Below, one piece after another: positions 25,844-35,632 of a DNA stretch of 64,000 bases (position 1 is the first letter of the stretch; each line of letters begins with the position of its first letter). This DNA is from an uncultured Actinomycetes bacterium (lineage in GTDB: Bacteria; Actinomycetota; Thermoleophilia; UBA2241): contig CAVPVX010000011.1 in assembly GCA_963709345.1 (NCBI GenBank), forward strand, positions 352,001 through 416,000, read 5' to 3'. A program made the position numbers and the translations under genes. A model generated the notes under the pieces. The model was not told where the DNA came from. It was given only the letters and a program-made list of their open reading frames with translations, and did not search any database.

Positions 25844-27622
25844 ATGGACGGTCGGGCAGTGTGCGGGAGAGCTCCGGGAAGGACGACGGCGACGACGATG
25901 ACGTCGGCGCTGATCGCCGTCGCTCTGGCGGCTGCGATGGCGGCCGCGCTCTGGTGCTGCCTCGCTGCCGTGCCGGCCGGGGCGGGTGCGGCCACATACT
26001 ACGTGTCCCCGTCCGGCGACGACGCCCGGCCGGGCACCCAGGCGGAGCCCTGGCGCAGCCCGGGCCGCGCCTCCAAGCGCATGCGCGGCGGCGACACGCT
26101 CGTCATCCTGCGCGGCCGCTACGTTCTGAGCAGGTTCTGGGACGACATGATCACGCCGCCGTCCGGCAGCGCCGCCGCGCCGACACGCATCGTCGGCGAG
26201 GCCGGCCACCGGCCCGTCCTGGCCGGCCGCGACGACCTCTTCGCGGCGGTCGACGTCTCCGGCACCAGCTACGTCACCCTCGAGAACCTGGAGATCACCA
26301 GCGACGCCGGCGCCCTCTTCCGGGGCGGCGTCGAGGCGGCCGGAGACCCGGTCGACCACCTCGTCCTCCGCGACCTCTTCATCCACCACATCGACGAGAT
26401 GGCGCTGGACATCGGCGACGTCGAGCATCTCCTCGTCGAGCGCTGCCGGTTCTCCTACTGCGGGTTCGGCTGCATCGGCGGGCCTGGGGGCAGTCACGGC
26501 GGCAACCGCGCCGTCGTGATCCGCGAGTGCTACCTCGGGTACTCCGGCCACTACTATCAGGGAGAGTCCATCCTCGGGCCCTACGACCGCCCGGACGGCT
26601 TCGGCATCGAGCCGTCGGACGGGCCGGTGCTCATCGAGGACACCGTCGCCGAGCACAACCGCGGCGACGGGCTGGACTCCAAAGCCGCGGCGACCACCAT
26701 CCGGCGCTGCGTCGTGGCGAACAACGACTGCGACGGCGTCAAGCTGTGGGCCGGTGGCCGGCTCGAGAACACGCTGATCTACGGGATGGGCGACGGCGCC
26801 GGCGGGCCGTCGCCGTGGGCCGGCATCGTCATGGGCGGCGAGCCGGGGGCGCACTTCGAGATCGTCAATGTGACGGTCCACGACGATCCGTCGCGGCACG
26901 CCTACCCTGTCTACATGCAGTACGGCGAGCCGGAGCCGATGACCGTGCTCATCCGCAACACCGTCGTGGCGAACGGTCACGGCGTGGTGTATCTCGGGGA
27001 CGCGGTGACCGCGAGCGTCGACCACTGCGACTTCCACCGCCCGGGCGCCGACGTCCAGGTGCATGCCGGCGGCCGTGACTACACGGCGGAGCAGCTGCGG
27101 GCCGGCGCCCTCGGCGCCGGCGTCATCTCCGCCGCGCCGTGCTTCGCCGGCCCGGCCTGGGGCGCCGACGGCGACTTCCGCCCGTTGGCGGGCAGCCCGC
27201 TGATCGACGCCGGCACGGCCGCCGGCGCGCCGGCGCTCGACCTTGCCGGCGGCGCGCGGCCGGCGGGCGCCGCCGTCGACATCGGGGCCTACGAGTACGG
27301 CGCCGCTGCTCCGGAGCCGCCGCCCGGTCCGGCGCCGCCCGCGGCGCCCCGCCTGCGCTCGGCGACTCCGGACCGGGCGCGACCGGGCCGGTGGATCACG
27401 CTCCTCGGCCGCGACTTCGGGCGCACCCGCGCGGACGCCGCCGGCTCGCGGGCCCTGCGTACGGCCTCGGTCTGGTTCGGCTCGCGCCGCGCGACCGCCT
27501 ACGCGGCCTGGAGTGACGGGCGGATCCGGGTCAGAATCCCCCGGCGTTCGGCCGCGCGCCTGCGCCTGCGCGTCCACACGGCGGCCGGGTGGTCCGGCGC
27601 GCTGCGGTTCACCGTGCGATAG
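25844..27622 (+). CDS. Secreted right-handed beta-helix protein with choice-of-anchor-Q-like and IPT/TIG-like domains
   Basis: Signal peptide, YYVSPSGDD..PGT...PW, repeated N..DG coils, and SPLIDAG...DIGAYEY. Confidence 0.85.
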   Translation: MDGRAVCGRAPGRTTATTMTSALIAVALAAAMAAALWCCLAAVPAGAGAATYYVSPSGDDARPGTQAEPWRSPGRASKRMRGGDTLVILRGRYVLSRFWDDMITPPSGSAAAPTRIVGEAGHRPVLAGRDDLFAAVDVSGTSYVTLENLEITSDAGALFRGGVEAAGDPVDHLVLRDLFIHHIDEMALDIGDVEHLLVERCRFSYCGFGCIGGPGGSHGGNRAVVIRECYLGYSGHYYQGESILGPYDRPDGFGIEPSDGPVLIEDTVAEHNRGDGLDSKAAATTIRRCVVANNDCDGVKLWAGGRLENTLIYGMGDGAGGPSPWAGIVMGGEPGAHFEIVNVTVHDDPSRHAYPVYMQYGEPEPMTVLIRNTVVANGHGVVYLGDAVTASVDHCDFHRPGADVQVHAGGRDYTAEQLRAGALGAGVISAAPCFAGPAWGADGDFRPLAGSPLIDAGTAAGAPALDLAGGARPAGAAVDIGAYEYGAAAPEPPPGPAPPAAPRLRSATPDRARPGRWITLLGRDFGRTRADAAGSRALRTASVWFGSRRATAYAAWSDGRIRVRIPRRSAARLRLRVHTAAGWSGALRFTVR

Positions 27623-27657
27623 GCCCTCCCGCCGCCGCGCTGCGTACGCCCCCGCTC

Positions 27658-27807
27658 GGGCACCTGCTCTCGTGCAGCCCGCGCGGCGTGCGGGCGAGCG
27701 TGCAGTTCATCGCGACGCTGGAGCTGGGTCTGCCGATGAGCGTCGACTACCTCACGTGGGATTCTCGCCGCGACACCCGCGCCGACCTGGACGAGGCGGA
27801 GAAGTAG
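27658..27807 (+). pseudogene. budA: budA C-terminal fragment
   Basis: GHLLSCSPRGVRASVQF...DLDEAEK, matching the end of the intact budA. Confidence 0.85.
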
Positions 27808-27927
27808 CACCCGCCTTCGGACGACACCTGCCGAACCGCAAGCGGCTCGCGCGCCACGGTCTCACCTTCCGGCGCACCTTCTGCGCCGCAGCGATGTGCT
27901 CGCCCGGCCGCCTCGCTGTTCACGGGC

Positions 27928-28200
27928 GTGTATCAGGCGGAGCACGTCGTGATCGAGGTCCTGCAGTGCGGCGAGAAGGACGCCGAAGTCTCGCCGGGCA
28001 CTCTGCAGCCGTCGCGCAGGAACCTGGCTACGGTGCTCGACGCGCTGGACGCCAACGAGGGCCTCGCGGACCGCACGATCGTCTTCCGCCTCTCGGACCA
28101 CGGCGAGATGGGGCTGGCTCACGGTGGCATGCGCGAGAGGGCGTTCAAAGCCCACGAGGCGACGATCCACGTGCCCCTCGTCGCGCCGCACCCGTATCGG
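27928..28200 (+). pseudogene. Sulfatase-like hydrolase fragment
   Basis: LDALDA.EGLADRTIVF.LSDHGEMG.AHGG...E.TIHVPLV matches the sulfatase SDHG region; no N-terminus. Confidence 0.6.
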
Positions 28201-28345
28201 CGCGGCGCCGTCGTCGGTAGGGCCGGCCGGTTCCCTGCTCCTATGGGCAAGTGTTCCATGCGGCCCAGCGCTCCGGCCGCCGATGCAGTGTGCCGGAGCC
28301 ACTCATTGCGCCCCGCGCCCGGGGCGCGCGCATCGGAGGGAGCCC

Positions 28346-28882
28346 ATGGAGATGCTCATCGGCCACGGAGATGCCACGGCGCGCGACGCCCTGATGAGGG
28401 CGATCGGCGACGCGGGCGGCTCCGTCGAGTTCATCGAGGCAGGCAACGGCGATGAAGCGCTGGAGGTGCTGCTGCGCGACAAGGCGCCGCGCCTCGCCGT
28501 CATGGACCGGGACATGCCCGGGGTCGATGGCCTCGAGCTGTGCCGCCTTGTCCGGGACTTCCACCTGGAGGGTCCTCCGTACATCCTGCTGCTGGTGGCC
28601 GGACGCGACGCCGACGTCGAGATCGGGCTCGAGGCCGGCGCCAACGATTGCCTGCGCACCCCGGCCTCCGCCGCCGAGATCCGCGAGCGCGTCGGCGCCG
28701 GCCGGCGGTTCGTGGAGGTCCCGTGGGAGCGCGCCACGCGTGGCGCGACGCTGGAGGCCGTGCGCCTGCCGGACGACGAGGCCTGGGATGCCTTCGGCAT
28801 GATGGATGCGCCGCGCGACGTCAACGCTGCGGCGCACACCGCCCCTCGGGCAGAGTTGCAGGCGGTGCTGAGCGAGCGCTGA
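28346..28882 (+). CDS. Atypical stand-alone receiver-domain protein
   Basis: GGAGG RBS; DRDMPGVDGLELCR...PPYILLL...GLEAGAND resembles the REC of the 11648 gene. Confidence 0.75.
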   Translation: MEMLIGHGDATARDALMRAIGDAGGSVEFIEAGNGDEALEVLLRDKAPRLAVMDRDMPGVDGLELCRLVRDFHLEGPPYILLLVAGRDADVEIGLEAGANDCLRTPASAAEIRERVGAGRRFVEVPWERATRGATLEAVRLPDDEAWDAFGMMDAPRDVNAAAHTAPRAELQAVLSER

Positions 28883-28986
28883 CGGGGGGCCTGCCGCCGA
28901 CCGGTGCTGTGGGCACCGCCGGCGGGGGTGTCGCCGGACGGCTGCGCGGGCGCTGTCTCGGCCGACTCGCTCCTTGGGCCGTCCGC

Positions 28987-29958
28987 CTACTTCAGTTGCG
29001 CGTCCAGCCAGTCGAGCACCTTCTCGACGTTCGCCGGCGTGAAGAACGCCGGGTCCACGTGGCGGGCGCCCGGGAGCAGTTCGAGGGTGACCATACCGGA
29101 GCCGAGCGTCTGCGAGAGCGCCTCCGCCAGGCGCGTGGACTGCTGCGTCGGCACGGTGCCGTCGTCGGTGCCGTGCTGGATGAGGAAGGGCGGGTCGTCG
29201 GCGGTGATGTACGTGATGGGATCGGCGGCCCTGACCTTGCCGGGGACCGTCTTCAGGGGCGCGCCGAGGTAGCGCGAGAGCCTGGAGTCCAGGGCGCTGT
29301 GGTCGGTGTCGCCGGCGCCCCCGGCGCGGAAGTCGTGGTCCGTCTGCAGAAACGAGATGGGACCGCACCAGTCGACGACGGCCTGGATCCTGTCGGACTC
29401 GCCGGCGTTCGCGGGGCTCGGGCCGGCAAGCGCGGCGATGCCGCCGGACGTGCCGGCCAGAGCCGCAAGGTTGCCGCCGGCCGAGTGGCCCCAGGCGGCT
29501 ATGCGCTCCGGGTCGAGCCCGTACTCGCCGGCGTGGGCGCGCAGCCAGCGCACGGCGGCCTTGACGTCGCTGATCGCCGCCGGGAAGGTGGCCTCGCCGC
29601 TGAGCCTGTAGCCCACGGCGGCGACCGCGTAGCCGCGCCTGAGGCCGGCGAGCGCGGAGTCCGTCGGCCGGACCGTCTTGTCGCCCATGGCGAACCCGCC
29701 GCCGTGCAGCGCGACGATCACGGGGTGTGGCGCCTCGCCCGTCGGCGGCAGGTACAGGTCGAGCGTCTGCGCGGGTGAGGCGCCGTCGTACGGCAGGTCG
29801 GTGAAAACCGACGCGGGCTGCGGGGCGCCGGCGCCCGAGCCGTCCGCCGGCGCCGTCCCGCTCGGGCTCTCGCCGCAGGCGGCGAGAGCGAGCGCGGCAG
29901 TGAGAGTCAGCAGCGCCGCCGTCAGCGCCGTGAGCTTCGTCCGGAGGGCACGGGTCAT
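28987..29958 (-). CDS. Alpha/beta hydrolase lipoprotein (HSL/BD-FAE-like esterase)
   Basis: LAAC lipobox, HGGGF, GHSAGG, HGTDD and GARH motifs. Confidence 0.9.
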   Translation of the reverse strand: MTRALRTKLTALTAALLTLTAALALAACGESPSGTAPADGSGAGAPQPASVFTDLPYDGASPAQTLDLYLPPTGEAPHPVIVALHGGGFAMGDKTVRPTDSALAGLRRGYAVAAVGYRLSGEATFPAAISDVKAAVRWLRAHAGEYGLDPERIAAWGHSAGGNLAALAGTSGGIAALAGPSPANAGESDRIQAVVDWCGPISFLQTDHDFRAGGAGDTDHSALDSRLSRYLGAPLKTVPGKVRAADPITYITADDPPFLIQHGTDDGTVPTQQSTRLAEALSQTLGSGMVTLELLPGARHVDPAFFTPANVEKVLDWLDAQLK

Positions 29959-30037
29959 GCTGCGATGATAGCTCGGGGCCGGCGCCGGGACGACTGCCGG
30001 CGGCCCCACACGACGGCCGCGACCGCCTGCCCGCCGG

Positions 30038-30575
30038 TCAGCGGTCGCTCTGCAGCGCCTCGTAGGGGATGGGGCGCTTGTGGGCGGCGACGCCGTCGAA
30101 GAGGCCGTAGACCAGGTAGCCGTCGCTGCAGACCGTGATGACGACGGCTCCGTCGAGCTTCTGCGGGTTGGCGCCGGTGAACGGGAAGTGCGTGGTGAGG
30201 TTGACGTTCGCCATCCTGGTCGTCGTGCGGTCGGCGATGACCACCGCCGCCGAGGTCGCGGCGGCGGCCTGACCCGAATGGATGATGGCTGCGCTGCCGC
30301 TCACCGGGTTGCGCACCTGGCCGGCGTAGGTCGCGATGAGGGCGTCGCGCAGGGCGATTCGGGGGTTGGCGGCCGGCGGCTGCGGGGGGTCGTCGAGGGC
30401 CAAGAGGTGCGTCACCATGTTGTGCACGTTGCTCTGCACGGCCGCGTCCTTGGCCGACTCCCGCGCGCTTGCGTACATGGGCACCGCGATCGCGGCCAAG
30501 GATGCCGAGGATGACGATGACTATGAGCACCTCGACGAGCGTGAACCCGCGCTGATCTGTGCGTCTGCGTGACAT
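30038..30575 (-). CDS. Type IV pilin/pseudopilin (frameshift near 30500)
   Basis: RG|FTLVEVLIVIVILGIL class III signal peptide, continuing as AAIAVPMY in the next frame. Confidence 0.85.
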
Positions 30576-30894
30576 GTGAGCGACTCCCGGAGTGCGATGA
30601 TGACGGTGGTTCGTGGTCCTCACTCCAAGTCTGCCCGCGGCTGCCGAGGCCGGTCTGGGTCATTCGTCCAGAGTACGGTCGCCGGGCCGGACCGCCGGCC
30701 GGGACCGCGGGACTGCGGGCTCGCGGGCGCGGGCTCGCCGGGCCGAGGGCCCGGCGGCGCGCATCGCGCACCGGTGACGGCCCGCCCTTGATTCGGTACG
30801 CTGCGGGGGTATCGTGTTCACTGGGGAGGGGGTGGCCGTGAGATCCGGACTGTGCGACGAGCGACGTGAGCCGCGGTCGTGGCGCGGGCGGCGG

Positions 30895-31326
30895 ATGCGC
30901 TGTACCGCCGCCGCACTGCTCGCGCTCGTGTGTCTGCTGCTCACGCCGGCGGGCTGCGGGAGCGGCGCTCCCGACGACAACGAGCCGAACGACGAGCCCG
31001 GCGAGGCGACCGTGCTCGCGCCGGGAACGCCCATCGAGGGCGCCATCGGCGCGGACGACGCAGACGTCTTTCGCTGCGACGCCCCCGGCGGCCGCACGCC
31101 GAACCCGTTCGTCGTCACGGTGCTGACCGACGCGCCGCGGAGCATCGACCTGCAGGTTGGCGCCAGCACCCCGGGGGCGTGGGAGGGCATCACCTGGCCC
31201 GGGTGGGACGCCGTCGCCGGGGAGGACCGGGTGGAGGTCGCGGCCGGGCTCCGCAAAGGGACGGTGCTCATGGTCCTGACGGGCGAGAAGGGAACCGGGT
31301 ACTCGATCGAGATCGTCTGGAAGTGA
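30895..31326 (+). CDS. Hypothetical lipoprotein, possibly PPC-like
   Basis: Signal peptide with AGC lipobox; EPND motif. Confidence 0.65.
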   Translation: MRCTAAALLALVCLLLTPAGCGSGAPDDNEPNDEPGEATVLAPGTPIEGAIGADDADVFRCDAPGGRTPNPFVVTVLTDAPRSIDLQVGASTPGAWEGITWPGWDAVAGEDRVEVAAGLRKGTVLMVLTGEKGTGYSIEIVWK

Positions 31327-31351
31327 CCCCCGGCGCGAGAGGAGACGTGGC

Positions 31352-31720
31352 ATGATCCAGATCATCGAGGGCGCGCCCGAGGGCGTGCTGGCGTTCGAGG
31401 CCGTGGGCGAGGTGGACGCGCAGGATTACGAGGACGTGCTGAAGCCGGCCGTCGAGGAGTCTCTGGCCGGTGGGAACAAGCTCCGCTTCGTCTTCGAGAT
31501 CGGCGCCGAGTTCGACCGCTACACGGCGGGAGCGGAGTGGGAGGACATGGCGCTGGGGTTCGCCCACCTCGGCGACTGGCAGCGCTGCGCTCTGGTCACC
31601 GACGTCGACTGGGTGCGGCACGCAGCCAAGGCGCTCGGATGGCTCATGGGCGGCCGCCTCCGTGTCTTCGACATCGACGAGCTCAAGGCGGCGCTGGAGT
31701 GGGCGGCGTCGGACGACTGA
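31352..31720 (+). CDS. SpoIIAA-like STAS/SEC14 domain protein
   Basis: AFEAVGEV...DY...WED...RCALVTDVDWV...ALEW pattern; 122 aa. Confidence 0.88.
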   Translation: MIQIIEGAPEGVLAFEAVGEVDAQDYEDVLKPAVEESLAGGNKLRFVFEIGAEFDRYTAGAEWEDMALGFAHLGDWQRCALVTDVDWVRHAAKALGWLMGGRLRVFDIDELKAALEWAASDD

Positions 31721-32739
31721 GGTCGCACGCGAGCGCACGGCGCGGGGTGACTGGATGTCCTGACGAGGGGCGCGAGGTGCTCGAGGACGTGCCGCCGCGC
31801 TGCCTCGCGGATGGCCGCCAGCTCGACGGCCAGGAGCAGGTGGCCGCCGCGCTCGAAGCCGACCAGCCGTGCGCCCGGGATGGCGACGGCGGCGAACTCG
31901 GCGTTGTGGTAGAGCTGCAGCGAGTCGTCCCGGGCATGGAGGATCAGAGTCGGGGCGCGGACGGCGGCGATGCGCTCGCCCGGCAGCGCCGTCGTGTTGT
32001 CGAAGGCGACGCCGGCGGCGCGCGGCGAGACCGGGTTCATCTCGTCGACGACCCGGTCGACCAGTTCCCGCTGCTCGGGGGTGAGGCCGGCGACGACCGC
32101 CCCGTCCGCCCCCATCAGTCCGAGCAGCCGCCTCTTGAAGAGCGTGCCGGCGGCCCAGTACGGCAGGTCGTGCCTGAAGACGGTCGCCAGCAGGTCGCCC
32201 TGCCGGTTCGCCTGCGCCTGGTCCGGCGCGTCCGACGCGGCGACGCCGCAGGAGATGAGCGTGAGCGACGACACCCGCTCCGGGTGCAGCGCCGCAAAGA
32301 GCAGGGCGGAGGGGCCGCCATGGCTGAGCGCCACGACGGCGGCCTTCTCTATCCCCAGGTGGTCGAGCAGACACGCGTAGGCGTGCGCCTGGTCGTCCCA
32401 GGTGGCGCCCTTGTGGAAGGTGGAGCGCAGGTAGCCGAACCGCGACGGGGTGACGCGGCGGAAGCCGCTACCCAGGACGGCCTCCGCGACGAGCTCACCC
32501 TGGTCGTAGCCGCCCCCGCTCCCGTGGATCACGAGAGCGGGGGGACCCGACCCGGCTACGGTGTACTCGATGTCGCCCCAGGGCGACGGCACGAGTGCGC
32601 TCTTCCCCCGGATGCGGCCGTAGGCGCGCTTCATGTCCAGGGCATACGCGCCGGCCGCGGTGACGGCCGCCGCGGCCGCCGCGCCTGGGGCTGCGGCGGC
32701 CGCGGCGCTCGCGGCGACCGCGCCCGCTACGGCCCTCAC
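31519..32739 (-). CDS. Alpha/beta fold hydrolase (true 3' end probably near 31750)
   Basis: IHGSGGGYDQG, SRFGYLRS, ALSHGG, HARDD and GGH motifs; GTGA overlap with the upstream gene. Confidence 0.8.
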   Translation of the reverse strand: MRAVAGAVAASAAAAAAPGAAAAAAVTAAGAYALDMKRAYGRIRGKSALVPSPWGDIEYTVAGSGPPALVIHGSGGGYDQGELVAEAVLGSGFRRVTPSRFGYLRSTFHKGATWDDQAHAYACLLDHLGIEKAAVVALSHGGPSALLFAALHPERVSSLTLISCGVAASDAPDQAQANRQGDLLATVFRHDLPYWAAGTLFKRRLLGLMGADGAVVAGLTPEQRELVDRVVDEMNPVSPRAAGVAFDNTTALPGERIAAVRAPTLILHARDDSLQLYHNAEFAAVAIPGARLVGFERGGHLLLAVELAAIREAARRHVLEHLAPLVRTSSHPAPCARVRPQSSDAAHSSAALSSSMSKTRRRPPMSHPSALAACRTQSTSVTRAQRCQSPRWANPSAMSSHSAPAV

Positions 32740-33185
32740 CGTGCATCCCCGGCCGGGACGGCCGCCTGCACCCGCGCGCTGCCGGCCGTCACGCGCCGGC
32801 CGAGCGCCAGCCACAGCAGCGCGGCGTCCACCGCCAGCGGCAGGACGGCCCATCCGGAGATCCAGACGACCTGCACCACGAGGGACGCGATCACGCCGGT
32901 GATGACGAGCCCGCGGAGCCAGGAGCCTGGGACGACCCACCCCAGGTAGGAGCCGGCGGCCAGCACGAGGCAGACGGCCGCCGTGATCCCGAGGATCGGC
33001 GTGAGCACGTCGCGGATGCCGCCCGCCGGCAGCAGCGTGGCCGTGTCGGCGAAGAACGGCCAGAGGAGACCGCCGCCGACCCACCACGGCGGCGGGCCCT
33101 GCCCGGCGGCGGCGGGCACGAGCGCCGTCAGATTGAGGTGGGCGCCGAGCAGCAGCAGGGCGACAATCGAGATTCTCTTGAACAT
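32736..33185 (-). CDS. Membrane protein (about 4 TM)
   Basis: AAGGAG RBS; hydrophobic helices; operonic with the hydrolase. Confidence 0.75.
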   Translation of the reverse strand: MFKRISIVALLLLGAHLNLTALVPAAAGQGPPPWWVGGGLLWPFFADTATLLPAGGIRDVLTPILGITAAVCLVLAAGSYLGWVVPGSWLRGLVITGVIASLVVQVVWISGWAVLPLAVDAALLWLALGRRVTAGSARVQAAVPAGDAR

Positions 33186-33204
33186 GGCGCTTCTCCTTCG
33201 TTCG

Positions 33205-33232
33205 TGGAAACCCAGGACATTCTGAGTTTCCA
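33205..33232. promoter_or_regulatory. TetR-type operator, copy 3
   Basis: TGGAAACC-N12-AGTTTCCA, the same motif as at 33844 and 33875. Confidence 0.75.
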
Positions 33233-33284
33233 TGGGGCCTGAAGAGGCCGCACCTGGATGCGGCCGGTCTTGCCGATCGCCGGG

Positions 33285-33824
33285 CTACTCCACGAACCTG
33301 CCGATGCGCTCGAGCAGTTCCTTGTCGCGGTCGTAGGCCGGGTCTGCGTTCACGAGCAGGAGGTACTCGACGAGCATGGCGGCGATCATCTTCTCGACCA
33401 GGGTAGCGTCGCCGCACCGGAACTCGCCGGCGTCCATGCCGCCCTGCACCAGCTCGCGCAGCAGGTCGCCGTTGGCCTTGCGGAAGGCGTCGGCGGCTAT
33501 CTCGTACTCGCGCAGCCACTCGTCCTCGCCGGTCTTCACGATGTGGGCTCGGGCCACCTCGAGCAACGATCTCACGGTCGCCTCCACTCGCGCCGCGTGG
33601 GTCGGGAGCGGAGCCACCGCGGCGGCGAATTCGGCCTGCATCCGCAGCGCCTGGCGCGCGACCACCTGCGCGTAGATGTCGCGCTTGCCGCTGAAGTGCA
33701 CGTAGATCGTCTTCTTGGAGATCTTGAGCTCGCGGGCGACGTCGTCGAGGTTGGCCTTGTCGTAGCCACGGCTCTCGACCTGCCGCTCGAAGGCTTCTGC
33801 GATGCGCTGTCCTGTGGCGTTCAT
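33285..33824 (-). CDS. TetR/AcrR family transcriptional regulator
   Basis: HTH motif GYDKANLDDVARELKISKKTIYVHFSGK. Confidence 0.92.
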   Translation of the reverse strand: MNATGQRIAEAFERQVESRGYDKANLDDVARELKISKKTIYVHFSGKRDIYAQVVARQALRMQAEFAAAVAPLPTHAARVEATVRSLLEVARAHIVKTGEDEWLREYEIAADAFRKANGDLLRELVQGGMDAGEFRCGDATLVEKMIAAMLVEYLLLVNADPAYDRDKELLERIGRFVE

Positions 33825-33843
33825 CCGGCCCACCCTGTGGTGA

Positions 33844-33902
33844 TGGAAACTTATTGCTCCCATAGTTTCCACGATGGGAACTCGGTTGTCAAGCAGTTTC
33901 CA
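33844..33902. promoter_or_regulatory. Tandem TetR-type operators overlapping a minus-strand TTGACA
   Basis: TGGAAACT-N12-AGTTTCCA (33844-33871) and TGGGAACT-N12-AGTTTCCA (33875-33902). Confidence 0.8.
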
Positions 33903-34106
33903 ACAAGCAGCTCGACTCACCCCTGGTCGCGATGGGCGCGAGGAACCTGTCGTTGCATGTGATCCCGGTCTCCGCCGGGGCCGCGCCCCCGCGATAGAAT
34001 CGCGCTCGGGCGGGCTGGGCGGGCAGCTCACACGCGGCTGACGCGGGAGGCCGCCGCCGGTCTTCTTGCTGCGGCCCCTGAAGAAGCTGTGTGAGATGCG
34101 ATCTGG

Positions 34107-35078
34107 CTATCCGGCGCGCCGCGCCGCCATGCCCGCCAGCACCTCCAGGACGGTGGCGTGCGCCGCCAGCGCGGTGATGCCGGCGGGGTCGACCATGGGG
34201 TTCACCTCGACCAGGTCGAAGGCGCACAGGTCGAGCTCGGCGGCCATGCGTCCGGCGGCGCTGAGCAGTTCTCGCGTGGTGATGCCGCCGGCCTCCGGCG
34301 TGCCGGTCCCGGGCGCGAACGCCGGGTCGACCACGTCGATGTCCATGGTGAGATAGGTCAGTGGCGCCAGCTCGCGGGCGGCCGTGATGAGGTCGCCGAC
34401 GACCGCGCCCATGCCGCGCTCGGCGACCTCTTCCATCAGGACGATGCGCATGCCCTTGCCGCCCCAGAGGTCGATCTCCTCGCCCGTCGTGGGCCAGTAG
34501 CCGCGCACGCCGGCGACCAGGTGATGGTGCGGCAGGAGCGCACCCCGGTCGATGGCCTGCGAGAAGGGGTTGCCGTGGTCGATCTCGTCGAGCCCGAGCT
34601 CCACGTCGGCGTGAGCGTCCAGGTGGATGACGGCGTACCCCTCGGCGCCGAAGCGCGCGGCAAGGGCCTCAAGGACCGGCAGCGAGATCGAGTGGTCGCC
34701 GCCGAGGACCGCCGGTACGGCGCCTGCGGCCAGGGCCGCGGTCACGGCCGCGTGAAGCCCCTCGTGGATCGTCTCGATGCTGCTGGGGAAGGAGCCCACG
34801 TCGCCGTGGTCGACGATGCGCATCGTCTGGAACGGGTCGATGCGGCGCCCCGGGTGCAGGCGCGTGGCCGGAGGGCCGACGATGTCCGCGTCGCGGATGG
34901 CGCGCGGCCCGAACCTCGTGCCGGGCCGGTAGCTGGTGGCCTGGTCACAGGGTGCGCCGACGATCACGACGTCGGCGCCGCTGAGCCCCTCGGGGTCCAG
35001 CACGAGCGGGGCGTAGGCGAACGTGGGCCCCGGCCCGGCGTAGGCGAGCTGATCGTCCCGGTAGCTTCGGCTGCTCAT
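34107..35078 (-). CDS. speB: Agmatinase / ureohydrolase family protein
   Basis: RPGTRFGP, GGDHS, DAHAD and DIDVVDPAFAPGTGTP motifs. Confidence 0.88.
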   Translation of the reverse strand: MSSRSYRDDQLAYAGPGPTFAYAPLVLDPEGLSGADVVIVGAPCDQATSYRPGTRFGPRAIRDADIVGPPATRLHPGRRIDPFQTMRIVDHGDVGSFPSSIETIHEGLHAAVTAALAAGAVPAVLGGDHSISLPVLEALAARFGAEGYAVIHLDAHADVELGLDEIDHGNPFSQAIDRGALLPHHHLVAGVRGYWPTTGEEIDLWGGKGMRIVLMEEVAERGMGAVVGDLITAARELAPLTYLTMDIDVVDPAFAPGTGTPEAGGITTRELLSAAGRMAAELDLCAFDLVEVNPMVDPAGITALAAHATVLEVLAGMAARRAG

Positions 35079-35176
35079 CCCCGCATCCTCCTTGGGTGAC
35101 GCCGGGCGGCTGGCGCCCGCCCGGACTCAGTGCTGTGGGTGGCCATTCTACCGGGCGGTGCGCCGTGGGGGCGCTC

Positions 35177-35632
35177 TCAGGCCGCCGCCGCCACGGCGGC
35201 GCGGCGCTCCGCCTCGGCCTTCAGCGAGCGCAGCCCGTCGCGCAGGCCGGAGCGCAGCGTGCGCTCCATGCGCGAGCGGAAGAGCCGCGCGGGCAGGCCG
35301 TCCCAGGACTCGCTCTGGCGCACCAGCGTGCCGCCGTCCGAGGCCTCGAAGCTATAGGCGTCGACGGCCCTGATGCCGAGGGTCACGCCGGTCCAGACGA
35401 TCCTGCCGGGAGCATCCACCTCGGCGATGCTCGACTTGATCGTCCCCGGCCCCGCCTTCCAGTGGAACGACGCGCCCGGTGCGACCGGGCCGTTGAGCGT
35501 CACGGAGCTGACGGCCTCATTCCATGTCGGCCACTGCTCGATGTCGCCGAGCACGTCCCACACGGTCTGGACGTCCGCGGCGATGTGGATCTGCTCGTGC
35601 GCGATCACGGGTGCGTTCTGGTTGATGTCCAT
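35177..35632 (-). CDS. SRPBCC (polyketide cyclase/dehydrase) family protein
   Basis: I.A....VW..L.D...WPTW and C-terminal L..LKAEAE pattern. Confidence 0.88.
   Translation of the reverse strand: MDINQNAPVIAHEQIHIAADVQTVWDVLGDIEQWPTWNEAVSSVTLNGPVAPGASFHWKAGPGTIKSSIAEVDAPGRIVWTGVTLGIRAVDAYSFEASDGGTLVRQSESWDGLPARLFRSRMERTLRSGLRDGLRSLKAEAERRAAVAAAA

Larger units (their letters stand above)
25098..27807 (+). repeat. 150-bp diverged direct repeat of the budA 3' end (25098-25247 and 27658-27807)
   Basis: Manual alignment gives 14 nt differences and no indels; both copies end at GAGAAGTAG. Confidence 0.9.

Noticed and set aside
32650-32735. GCC/GCG-rich repeat-like tract
   Set aside because: It encodes the Ala-rich N-terminus of the hydrolase; low complexity rather than a repeat element.
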